Positions 51,360-60,621 of a DNA stretch of 64,000 nt are shown here, in pieces. The notes below the pieces were generated by a model. The model ran no database searches. It was not told the DNA's origin and worked only from the letters and a program-made list of their open reading frames with translations. Made by a program: the position numbers and the translations under genes. The stretch comes from Candidatus Eiseniibacteriota bacterium (GTDB lineage Bacteria; Eisenbacteria; RBG-16-71-46; CAZAMP01), in contig OZ245046.1 in NCBI GenBank assembly GCA_965224245.1, positions 6,387,235 to 6,451,234 on the forward strand, given 5' to 3'. The stretch's first letter is position 1. Each line of letters opens with the position of its first letter.

Positions 51360-51626
51360 GACGGAGTCCTCGAAGTTGAAGGAACGCCCCAGAGTCGACC
51401 GACCACACGAGGACATTCATGATCGAGGACAGGGCGCCCAGCCTGTCCATAGGGGACTTCCCCTACTCATCCCTCACTGGAAGCGTACCGACGGGATGCT
51501 GGATGCCGCGGCATGTTGTGCAAGGGGACAACGTGGATGCGCCTTCGGGCCACGCGAGCAGAAGAGACGGTGATCGAGTCCGAGCGATCCGGTACCCTCC
51601 GCTCGACCGCCGCCGAAGGAGTACAC

Positions 51627-52511
51627 GTGATCCGTCGTGCGATTCAGCTTGCCCTTCCCGCCGCTCTGATGGTGTCCAGCGCACCCGGCGCCGTCACCGA
51701 GAACGCGAGCCCCGGCTGGATCGTCTTCTCCTCGGCCCGGAGCGGCGACGGCGACCTCTACCGACTCGATCTCGTGGCCGCGGAGCCGGAGCTCCTGGTG
51801 AGCAGCGCGTTCGGCGAGGGGGGCGCACGCTACGACGCATTCCGACGGCGGTTGATCCACGTGCGGTACGAGGACGACCGCGCGCTCTTGATGGCCGGCG
51901 ACGAGGTCCTGTTCCCCGACCCGAGCGGGGACGTTCCTCCGGTCTGGTCACCGGATGGCCGCTGGATCGCCTTCGCGTCCCGGCGCGACGGTCGCGAGGA
52001 TCTCTACCTGGCTCGTGCGGACGGATCGGGCGTGACCGCGGTCACCACCGACGACGAGCCCGACCGGTATCCGGCGTGGTCGCCCGACAGCCGCCGCCTG
52101 GTGTTCGCCCGCCAGCTCGAGTCGGGGTGGGACCTCCACACCATCACCGTCGATGAGAAGTCCCCCCGGGTGCACAGGCTCACGGAGGAGGGTGCGTATG
52201 TCGGCCATCCCGACTGGTCTCCCGATGGTCGATCGATCGCGTTCGATACCCAGGTCGACGATCAGACCGAGATCGCGATCCTCGATCTCGAGACGAGATC
52301 GATCCGACGTCTCACGGACCGCCCGGGCAACGATCTCGTGCCGGCCTGGTCGCTCGACGGGACGCACCTCGCGTTCGGCGCCGACTCCGGCGACGGCAAC
52401 TGGGAGCTCTGGAGCGTGACCGTCACGACCGGGGATCTTCGCCGGCTCACCGACTCGCCGGGGTTCGACGGAGGCCCGGTCTTCGTCCCGTCCTCGGTCG
52501 CATCTCGGTAG
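51627..52511 (+). CDS. TolB-like PD40-repeat periplasmic protein
   Basis: AAGGAG then GTG 51627, signal peptide, repeats PVWSPDGRWIAF, PAWSPDSRRLVF, PDWSPDGRSIAF, PAWSLDG. Confidence 0.88.
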   Translation: MIRRAIQLALPAALMVSSAPGAVTENASPGWIVFSSARSGDGDLYRLDLVAAEPELLVSSAFGEGGARYDAFRRRLIHVRYEDDRALLMAGDEVLFPDPSGDVPPVWSPDGRWIAFASRRDGREDLYLARADGSGVTAVTTDDEPDRYPAWSPDSRRLVFARQLESGWDLHTITVDEKSPRVHRLTEEGAYVGHPDWSPDGRSIAFDTQVDDQTEIAILDLETRSIRRLTDRPGNDLVPAWSLDGTHLAFGADSGDGNWELWSVTVTTGDLRRLTDSPGFDGGPVFVPSSVASR

Positions 52512-52674
52512 CTTCCCGCCGGTCGCGCCGTGATCCCGAGAACCGATGACGATACCGACGGTTCTCGGTGTCGGGTCACGGACATAGCGCCGACGCGATG
52601 GTGCGCGGGGCCCGGTATCGCCGTGGCTCGATGCTCGGGAAGCGCACTACAAGACGTGCTCCACTGAATTGGTC

Positions 52675-52680
52675 TATAAT
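52675..52680 (+). promoter_or_regulatory. Candidate sigma70 -10 element
   Basis: Perfect TATAAT in an AT-rich patch about 70 nt upstream of ATG 52749. No convincing -35. Confidence 0.35.
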
Positions 52681-52748
52681 TCTCATTACTCACCTTGGGA
52701 CTCGCGACTAGACGACCGTGGCATCGTGGCTCTTTCATGGGAGGCGGC

Positions 52749-53771
52749 ATGAACCTTGGCAGTGCTGTATCTCGCGCGTTGCTCCTGTGCATCGTGGGAT
52801 CGCTGGTCGGCTGTTCTCGAGGGGGTGAAACGAGAGATTCCGTGGCGGCACCGGAACGGGACGCCGCGATCCGGGACGTGAGTCAGGATGCGAAGTGGAG
52901 AGCGCGTATCGCCGCGCATCTTCAGAAGCATCGAGACAACTCCGCCATCTACCAGGTCGACCTCGATCGCGTCGGAGACCAGGACCCACTGCCGATCCCC
53001 GGCGGGCTGGCCGAGGGTGTTCACGTGTGGCTCCCCGGTCCGACCCACCTGGGCTTGCAGGGCACGGATGTCGATCCGAACACGATCACGAACTACCGGG
53101 GCTTCTCCGCCGTGGCGTTCATGGCGGGGGAGGTCACGGGGTCCGATGGCGTGACGTACGATCAGTTCCACGACATCAGGGTCTTTCGCGGCTTCTATCG
53201 CGGCGAGGACCGAGCGTTGAACTACGGTACGTTCGCGTTCATATGAATCGACCTCTTCGATCCCCGGTCAGGGGATCAGGTACATGACTACACCCCGGGC
53301 ATCGCGCCAAACGGTCTCTTCTGGACGGTGCGAGTTCCTGAGAGCGCGGTTCATTTCGGACCCCGTTCGGTGAGCATCGTGATCGAAGATCTGGATGTCG
53401 TGGACACGTTCCAGATCTTCAGCGGCGTCGAGGTTCCGGCCACCGTGAGCTTCGACATCACGTTCACGCCCAACGGGCGGCTGCGCGTCCTTCATCCTTC
53501 CGGGGACTCGCTGCAGCCGACTTACGTGGCGGGTGCGGTCCGAGATGTGCTGGCGGAGGGCTACTTCTCGGCCAGCTCGCTGACGGAGCCCGGAGGTGAG
53601 CCCTACTCGTTCGAGAACGCGTACGCCAGCTCGGCCCCCGCCTGGGCGGAGATGGGTCTCACACGAAACGGCTCGTTCTTGAACGGTGGCCGTCGTGCGG
53701 CGCCGGATGACGACGACGCCCGGCTGGAAGAGATGGAGCAGGGGATCTTCCGGCTGCTCCAGGCGCGGTAG
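52749..53771 (+). CDS. Lipoprotein with in-frame TGA at codon 166; candidate selenoprotein (340 aa on read-through)
   Basis: GGAGG RBS and lipobox LVG-C. The frame continues past TGA 53244-53246 (GTFAFI-*-IDLFDPRSGDQVHDYTPGIAPNGLFWTVRVP) into ORF 53328..53771 with no further stop. A hairpin follows the TGA. Confidence 0.72.
53251..53281 (+). promoter_or_regulatory. Bacterial SECIS-like stem-loop
   Basis: GATCCCC (53259-65) pairs with GGGGATC (53271-77) around a GGTCA loop. ACCT/AGGT lower stem. Loop starts 20 nt after the TGA. Confidence 0.65.
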
Positions 53772-53846
53772 TACGGGCTCGGTAGGGTCGGAAGCCGGGT
53801 GCCGGCCCTACCGAGAACCGGCACAGGGTCAACCGGGACGACGTTC

Positions 53847-56159
53847 ATGAGCTCTCGGGCTGGACAGGGAGCCGCGCGCAGGCGGCTCCGGGCCGGCAGT
53901 CTGCGATGCATGCTCGTCGTGCTCGTTCTCGCCGCAGCGCCTCCCACCGTGCAGGCGAATCCTCCGACTGATTCCGCGCGCCTGGATCGCCTCGTGGATC
54001 TGGGCAAGCTCTGGGGGACGGTCAAGTTCTTCCATCCGTATCTGGCCTACAGGCCAGTGGACTGGGACTCGGCCCTGGTCGCGGCGATACCCGCCGTCGA
54101 AGCCGCAACCGATTCCACCTCCTTCGGCGCCGCCGTCCAGCTCATGCTCGACGCTCTCGATGACCCGGCCACCGCGGTCGTCGTCCGTGAGTCTCCAGCA
54201 CCGCCGCCGCTACCCGTCGACGAGCTCGACTCGCTCTCGCACTGTACCCCCGACAGCGTGCTAGTGGTGACGATCAGACGGGAGACCATGGGAGACGACT
54301 TCTGGTCGACCGTCGGGCGGTTTCGTGAGCTGGAATCCGAGATCGTGAGGGCTCGTGGCATTCTGTTCGATCTTCGCTCCGACGCGCCTCGAGGAGATCT
54401 TGGTACGCTCGACTACTACTTCTCGGCAGCCCGTCTGGAGGCGGCCCTGATCCGGGCTCCCGTGACTACACCAGGCCATCGCTCGCGAACGCACATGGGC
54501 TACGTTCCCCAGCAGGGCCCGACGTCGGGCGGCTACTTCTCCGGGTTCGTTCTCCAGGACGGTACACAGATCGCGCCGAGCGTTTCCGGTGCGGACGTGC
54601 CGGTGGTGTTTCTCGTCAACGAGAACTCCGACGTCCCATCGGTTGCTCTGGCGATGCAGAGCGCGGGCCGGGCGGCCATCGTGAGCGAGGGGCCGGTCGG
54701 TGATGCGGCTCTCGTCGAGACGCATCGGATGACGCTGAGCGACGGGATCGAGGCTCGGCTGCGCCTCGGTGAGCTGGTGCATGCCGACGGTACGGGCGGC
54801 TTTGCCCCGAACCTGCAGCTCTCCAGTGCGGACACCGGCGATGCCGCGCGGCAGCGGTGCCTCGCCTTGCTCCGGGACTTCGAGGTCGCGCCGGCGCCAC
54901 GCCCGCGGCTGCCCCCGGCGAGCGCGCGTAAACCGGACAGCACGCATGACGACACGGCATACCCGTCTCGCGAGTACCGGATGCTGGCGAGCTTTCAGAT
55001 CTGGGTCGTGATCGAGTACTTCTTTCCGTATCGAGATCTGATGGACGAGGACTGGGAGGGTGTGCTGCGCAGCTACCTCCCGCGATTCATGGCTGCTGAG
55101 GACTCACTCGCCTATCACCTGGCTGTTGCCGAGATGTACGCTCACATCCGCGACACGCACGGGTTCGTCAGCAGTAGCGTTCTGTCGAAGTACCTGGGCA
55201 CGGCCTCGACGCCGCTCTATCTCCGCTGGATCGAGGACGCGCCGGTCGTGGCGGGCTTCTACGACGCGGAAACCGCGCACGCCGCCGGTGTGGAGATAGG
55301 GGACGTCATTCTCGAAGTCGACGGGGATGACGCCCTCCAGCGCGCGAAACGCCTCAGCAAGTACTTCGCGGCCTCGACGCCGCAGGCACTCATGAGCCGC
55401 GCCGTCGGACGCATCCTGTCGGGCCCCGAAGGCCATGCCGCGACGCTGAAGGTGCGAGGCCGGGACGGCAACACGAAGACCGTCGATCTGCCCCGAAGCC
55501 GGGACTACCGTCAGGGGTTCACCTATCGGACCGGAGATGTCGTCCGACTGCTGAACGAGAGCATCGGCTACGCCGACCTCGACCGCCTCACGAGCTCCCA
55601 GGTGGACGAGATGTTCGATCGATTCCGGGACACCGATGCGATCATCTTCGACATGCGGGGCTACCCGAACGGCACGGCGTGGACGATCGCTCCGTACCTG
55701 GCTGACGAGCCGGCAAAAGGTGCGGCGCGGTTCGAGCGTCCGATGCTCCTGGGTCCCGACGAGTCGGGACGACAGGTCGTCACGTTCACGCAACGCATCC
55801 CCGAACCCGGACCCCAGGTCATGCACTACACGGGAAAAACGGTGATGCTCATCGACGAGCGCACCATCAGCCAGGCGGAGCACACCGGGCTGTTCTTCGA
55901 AGCGGCCAACGGCACCGTCTTCATCGGCAGCCACAGCAACGGAGCGAACGGCGACGTCACGAGCTTCTTCGTGCCGGGCGGAATCCGGCTTGGATTCAGC
56001 GGTCAGGCGGTCCGTCACGCCGACGGTCGCCAGCTGCAACGCCTCGGACTGGTCCCCGACGTCGAGGTCGATCCGACCATCGAGGCAGTTCGAGCCGGCA
56101 GGGACGAGGTACTCGAGGCCGCCGTGTTGTATCTGAAGAGGACACATGCCGCGGACTGA
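53847..56159 (+). CDS. S41-family peptidase with PDZ-like insert and a duplicated N-terminal module
   Basis: Hydrophobic signal, KLWG.VKFFHPY and IW..IEYFFPY, GDVILEVDG (PDZ), IIFDMRGYP, TISQAE, GANGD, LQRLGLVPD. Start uncertain (alternative ATG 53910). Confidence 0.9.
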   Translation: MSSRAGQGAARRRLRAGSLRCMLVVLVLAAAPPTVQANPPTDSARLDRLVDLGKLWGTVKFFHPYLAYRPVDWDSALVAAIPAVEAATDSTSFGAAVQLMLDALDDPATAVVVRESPAPPPLPVDELDSLSHCTPDSVLVVTIRRETMGDDFWSTVGRFRELESEIVRARGILFDLRSDAPRGDLGTLDYYFSAARLEAALIRAPVTTPGHRSRTHMGYVPQQGPTSGGYFSGFVLQDGTQIAPSVSGADVPVVFLVNENSDVPSVALAMQSAGRAAIVSEGPVGDAALVETHRMTLSDGIEARLRLGELVHADGTGGFAPNLQLSSADTGDAARQRCLALLRDFEVAPAPRPRLPPASARKPDSTHDDTAYPSREYRMLASFQIWVVIEYFFPYRDLMDEDWEGVLRSYLPRFMAAEDSLAYHLAVAEMYAHIRDTHGFVSSSVLSKYLGTASTPLYLRWIEDAPVVAGFYDAETAHAAGVEIGDVILEVDGDDALQRAKRLSKYFAASTPQALMSRAVGRILSGPEGHAATLKVRGRDGNTKTVDLPRSRDYRQGFTYRTGDVVRLLNESIGYADLDRLTSSQVDEMFDRFRDTDAIIFDMRGYPNGTAWTIAPYLADEPAKGAARFERPMLLGPDESGRQVVTFTQRIPEPGPQVMHYTGKTVMLIDERTISQAEHTGLFFEAANGTVFIGSHSNGANGDVTSFFVPGGIRLGFSGQAVRHADGRQLQRLGLVPDVEVDPTIEAVRAGRDEVLEAAVLYLKRTHAAD

Positions 56160-59100
56160 CCCCGATCGCGACTACCTCCACACGTGGGCAGTAGTGTCCC
56201 TGATCGTGTTGCTCAGCGCGGTTCTCACCTTCGGCGCGGCTGCCGACACGATCCACGACAACGAGACCATCGACGTGCCGGTGACCTGGGAGGCCGATGG
56301 GAACGACCACGTCGTCGTCGGTGTGGTCACCGTCAACTCCGATCTCACGATCGAGGACGGGTGCGTCGTCCGGTTCGATCACGGCGCGAATGTCGGTGTG
56401 TACGGATCGGTGATCGCGACCGGGGACCCAGAGGAGATCCTGTTCACGCGCGAGGATCCCAGCGACGAGTGGTGGGGCATCCGGTTCTACCCCGGGTCCA
56501 CCGGGACACTGACCCACTGCACGTTCGAGCACGCCACATACGAGGCCGGCTTTGCCATCTACGCCTCGAGCGCGACCGTGGACTTCCAGGACTGCGAGTT
56601 TCGGGAGAACGACACCGGCATCGACATGGTGGCCATGGCAGCGGTGAGCATCCAGGACTCCTGGTTTCACGACAACAGTGGCACCGCCATCGAGGCCGTC
56701 GGACGCATGCCGGAGCTGGCCGGCACCACGATCGAGCGCAACGCGATCGGTCTCCACGCCAGGTCCGTTCCAGAGGCGAGCCTGTCGTCTCCCAACCTGT
56801 TTCAGGACAACGACATAGGCGTCAGGTTCGAGTCGTGCACGAATCCCGCCATCTCGAACCAGACGATCACCGGTAGCAATGGAGTCTACGGGGCGCTCTT
56901 CATGGACACGACCGGCCAGTTTCACATCGGCACCGGCAACACCATCACCGGGAACAGCTGGGGGCTGTCGATGTCGATCGGCTCCTATCCCGATGCGGCC
57001 TCCGCCCCGAACCTCCCGGTGGCCGGGAACACCAACGACGACGGGATGCAAGTGCGGGGCGGCGACACCGCGGGCGACATCGTGTGGCACGATGTCGGGG
57101 AGCGGTTCGTCCTGACCGGCACGAGCGCCACCGTCAGTGCGGGCGACACGTTCTCGATCGAGGACGGGGTTCAGGCAGCGTTCGATGATGGGATGTACCT
57201 GCGCATCTGGGGCACCATCGTGGCCACCGGTACCGCGTCGCCGGGCGTTCTCTTCACGCGTCGCGACATCATGGACGAGTGGTGGGGGTTGTGGTTCTTC
57301 GGCATGTCGGTGGGATCGTTCGACCACTGCACGTTCGAGCATGCGACGTACGACGAGAGTCGCGCCATCAACGGCGCCTTCGCCCGCTCGATCGACGTGC
57401 AGAACTGCGAGTGCCGTTTCAACGACACGGGCATCTACCTTGCCAACGTTGCCTCGTCGAGCGTGGATGCATCCTGGCTGCACGACAACGGTGACGTCGC
57501 GATCCGTTCCGAGGGCGTCATGCCCGAGGTCGGCAGCTGTACGATCGAGAACAACACTACCGGTCTCCACGTCGAGTCGGCCTCCCCGGCCACGCTGTCG
57601 AGTCCCAACGTCTTTCAGAACAACGTCACGGGCGTCATCTTTCGCTCGTGTACCGGCCCCGACGTGTCGAACCAGACGATCACCGGAAGCAACGGGGACT
57701 ACGGAGCGCTCTTCATGGACACGACCGGCCAGTTCCACATCGGCACCGGCAACACCATCACCGGCAACAGCTGGGGGCTGTCGATGTCGATCGGGTCCTA
57801 TCCGGATCTCGCGTCCGCTCCCAATCTGCCCATCGCCGGCAACACCAACGACGACGGAATGCAGGTTCGGGGTGGTTCCACCGCGGGAGACATCTTCTGG
57901 CACGACCTCGACGAGGACTTCGTCGTCTCCGGCGTCAGCCCCGCGATGAACCATGCGTTGCTCATCGAGGACGGCGTGCGGGCGGCGTTCGACCACGGAA
58001 TGTCGCTGAACGTCGGTGGAACGGTCGTGGCCGTGGGCAGCGCGTCTCCGGGTGTCCTCTTCACCCGCCGTGACCCTGAGGACGAGTGGTGGGGGATCTG
58101 GTTCAGCGCCGCATCCTCCGCCACGTTCGAGCGGTGTACGTTCGAGCACGCGACCTACGGCTCGGCCTACGGCATTCATGCTGCCTCGGCGGAGTTCATC
58201 GACATCGAGGGCTGTGAGTTCCGCGACAACGACACGGGGGTCTACACGTCGCACGTGTCGTCGGTTGGCATCCAGAACTCCTGGTTCCACGACAACGCCG
58301 CCGGCGCGATCCGAGCGCACGCCGGAATGCCCCTCGTTCGAGGCTGCATGATCGAGCGGAACAAAACGGGTCTTCACATCCAGAACGCCACCGGAGCAAC
58401 GCTCGTCGACGCAAACGTGTTCCAGGACAACGACACCGGCATCAGATTCGAGTCATGTGTGAATCCTGACGTCTCGAACCAGACGATCACCGGGAGCAAC
58501 GGGGACTACGGTGCACTCTTCATGGACACGACCGGGGAGTTCCACATCGGTGCCGGCAACACGATCACCGGTAACACCTGGGGGCTGTCGATGTCGATCG
58601 GCTCCTATCCGGATCTCGCGTCCGCGCCCAATCTGCCCGTCGCCGGGAACACCAACGACGACGGGATGCAGGTGCGGGGTGGCTACACCGCGGGGGACAT
58701 CGTCTGGCACGATCTGGGTGAAGACTTCGTCGTCTCCGGCGTCAGCCCCACGATTCTGGCCGGGCACACGCTGAGCATCGAAGACGGTGTGCAGGCTCGC
58801 TTCGATCACGGACTGTCGATCCAGGTCGAGGGAGCGTTGACGGCCACGGGGATGCCGTCGTCGGGCATCCTCTTCAGCCGCCGCGATCCCACCGACGATT
58901 GGCGGGGGATCTGGTTCGGAAGCGGCTCGACCGGGAGCTTCAAGCGGTGCACGATCGAGTACGCCACCTACACCGGCGCCTTCGGAGTCCACGCGGTCGA
59001 CGCGGACGCGATCAGCTTCGACGGCTGCTTGATCCAGGCCAACGACACCGGCGTCTACGCCGGCGGCTGCTCGCCGAGCTTCCTGAACACCGTGGTCACC

Positions 59101-59682
59101 GGCAACTCGGAGTACGGCGTCCATCTCGACGGTGCATGCGCCCCGTCGTTCGGCTCCGGATTGGCGGAGTGGAACGACATCTACGGGAACGGCTCCGGAA
59201 ACCCGGGTCGCGACCTCCGGAACGGGACCCTGGACATCACCGCGGAGTACGTGAACTGGGGTGTGGTCCTCGAGGCTCAGATCGAGGAGCGGATCCATCA
59301 TGAACCGGACGACGGTTCGCTGGGTCTCGTCGACTACAGCCCCTGGACCGACGCCGAACACGAGCTGGCGTACGACGAGGACCCACTGGCGGTCACTCCG
59401 CCATCGACTCCGATGCCGATCGCCTTGGCACTGTCACGGAATCGACCCAACCCGGTCCGGTCCGGAGTAACCTTCCGCTATGCGCTACCCGAGGACGCCT
59501 TCGTGTCGCTCGAGGTGTTCGGCGCGGACGGACGCAGGGTAGCGGTGATCGAGAGCGGATTCCGGTCGGCTGGCTTCAAAGAGACCAAGTGGGACGCGAC
59601 CTCCCTCGCCAGTGGGACGTACGTGTATCGCCTTCGCGCCGGGACCGACGTCCGGAAGCGCAAGCTGGTCGTCGTACGGTAG
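56146..59682 (+). CDS. Right-handed parallel beta-helix secreted protein with about 270-aa tandem repeats and C-terminal sorting domain
   Basis: Signal peptide, repeated WWGIWF, CTFEHATY, FRDNDTG and ITGN.WG motifs, RPNPV...LASGTYVYRL tail. Overlaps the upstream gene by 14 nt. Confidence 0.9.
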   Translation: MPRTDPDRDYLHTWAVVSLIVLLSAVLTFGAAADTIHDNETIDVPVTWEADGNDHVVVGVVTVNSDLTIEDGCVVRFDHGANVGVYGSVIATGDPEEILFTREDPSDEWWGIRFYPGSTGTLTHCTFEHATYEAGFAIYASSATVDFQDCEFRENDTGIDMVAMAAVSIQDSWFHDNSGTAIEAVGRMPELAGTTIERNAIGLHARSVPEASLSSPNLFQDNDIGVRFESCTNPAISNQTITGSNGVYGALFMDTTGQFHIGTGNTITGNSWGLSMSIGSYPDAASAPNLPVAGNTNDDGMQVRGGDTAGDIVWHDVGERFVLTGTSATVSAGDTFSIEDGVQAAFDDGMYLRIWGTIVATGTASPGVLFTRRDIMDEWWGLWFFGMSVGSFDHCTFEHATYDESRAINGAFARSIDVQNCECRFNDTGIYLANVASSSVDASWLHDNGDVAIRSEGVMPEVGSCTIENNTTGLHVESASPATLSSPNVFQNNVTGVIFRSCTGPDVSNQTITGSNGDYGALFMDTTGQFHIGTGNTITGNSWGLSMSIGSYPDLASAPNLPIAGNTNDDGMQVRGGSTAGDIFWHDLDEDFVVSGVSPAMNHALLIEDGVRAAFDHGMSLNVGGTVVAVGSASPGVLFTRRDPEDEWWGIWFSAASSATFERCTFEHATYGSAYGIHAASAEFIDIEGCEFRDNDTGVYTSHVSSVGIQNSWFHDNAAGAIRAHAGMPLVRGCMIERNKTGLHIQNATGATLVDANVFQDNDTGIRFESCVNPDVSNQTITGSNGDYGALFMDTTGEFHIGAGNTITGNTWGLSMSIGSYPDLASAPNLPVAGNTNDDGMQVRGGYTAGDIVWHDLGEDFVVSGVSPTILAGHTLSIEDGVQARFDHGLSIQVEGALTATGMPSSGILFSRRDPTDDWRGIWFGSGSTGSFKRCTIEYATYTGAFGVHAVDADAISFDGCLIQANDTGVYAGGCSPSFLNTVVTGNSEYGVHLDGACAPSFGSGLAEWNDIYGNGSGNPGRDLRNGTLDITAEYVNWGVVLEAQIEERIHHEPDDGSLGLVDYSPWTDAEHELAYDEDPLAVTPPSTPMPIALALSRNRPNPVRSGVTFRYALPEDAFVSLEVFGADGRRVAVIESGFRSAGFKETKWDATSLASGTYVYRLRAGTDVRKRKLVVVR
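56280..59060 (+). repeat. Intragenic tandem repeat, three full units plus part of a fourth; boundaries approximate
   Basis: CTCTTCATGGACACGACCGG recurs at 56896, 57709 and 58516, giving periods of 813 and 807 nt. The W(W/R)G.(R/W)F block occurs four times. Confidence 0.9.
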
Positions 59683-59864
59683 TGACCGGAGATGGACCGC
59701 TCGGGCAGGGATCGGGAAGCACAACGTAGTTTCTACTCGACCGTGTGAGATCGAGACGGTCGCCACGGCGTTCTCCGCGCGACTTCCTCATCCGCGCGCC
59801 TCGCTGGATCTGTATCTCGTTGTTTCACAAGACGATGCGCCGCCACGCCGATCAACTCACCAAA

Positions 59865-59879
59865 TGGCATGCGGCTTGC
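59865..59879 (+). promoter_or_regulatory. sigma54 (-24/-12) promoter
   Basis: TGGCAT-GCGGC-TTGC has exact GG-N10-GC spacing and lies about 95 nt upstream of ATG 59976. Confidence 0.65.
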
Positions 59880-59975
59880 CATTCCCATCTAGAAACGCGA
59901 CCCGAAGGTCTCGGGTCCGGGCTCGACTATCACGGCCGCGCCGAGCGCGCCGGCCCTCTCGAAGGAGGCGACGAG

Positions 59976-60585
59976 ATGCGACTCACGTCCACGTGGATCG
60001 CGGCACTCGTGGTGCCGCTCATTCTGTCCGCCGGCTGCACGGCGGGCGACTCGGCCGAAGGCACGCCCCACGACGAAGCGAGCTCGACCCCCCTCGAGGT
60101 CCCGGCCGGGACCACGATGACCGCCGAGCTCCTGGGCGAACTGGACTCGCGTGAGATGGATGGGAGCGTGGCGATTCAGGCCCGGCTCTCCCAGCCCATC
60201 ACGGTGGACGGCGCCGCGATCATCCCCGTCGGTGCCACCGTTCGGGGCTCGGCCACGCGGACCGAGCGGGACGACGCGACCATCGTCACGCTCCGCTTCG
60301 AGGAGATCCACCTCCCGCAGGAGGGCTCGCGGGGGATCGACGCACGACCGATCGAGCTCGTGGCCAGGCCGGACGCCGGCGCCAACGCCCTGAAGATTCT
60401 CGGGGGTGGCGCGGCGGGCGCCCCTCGGGGCCCTGATCGACGGTGGTGACGGCGCCGCCATCGGCGGTGTTGCCGGCGCAACCGCCGGAACCATCGCGGT
60501 GGTCATCGCGGGCAATCACGTGAACGTCCCTGCCGGTCAGAGCATCGCGATCCATCTCACCGACGCGCTGACCGTCCACACGTGA
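59976..60585 (+). pseudogene. Glycine-zipper lipoprotein interrupted by a frameshift at about 60421-60424 (real or a sequence error)
   Basis: AAGGAGG RBS, lipobox SAG-C, VPAGT...IPVGATVRG. After GGGAAGA the expected LGALIDGGDGAAIGGVAGATAG...VPAGQ continues one base out of frame to TGA 60585. Confidence 0.75.
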
Positions 60586-60621
60586 GCTCGACTCGACCTG
60601 CACTCACGAGGAGGAACGACA

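Noticed and set aside
53328-53771. ORF-track call as an independent 147-aa gene
   Set aside because: No RBS before the GTG, and protein-like sequence extends in frame back to the upstream TGA. Better explained as the second half of a read-through or interrupted gene.
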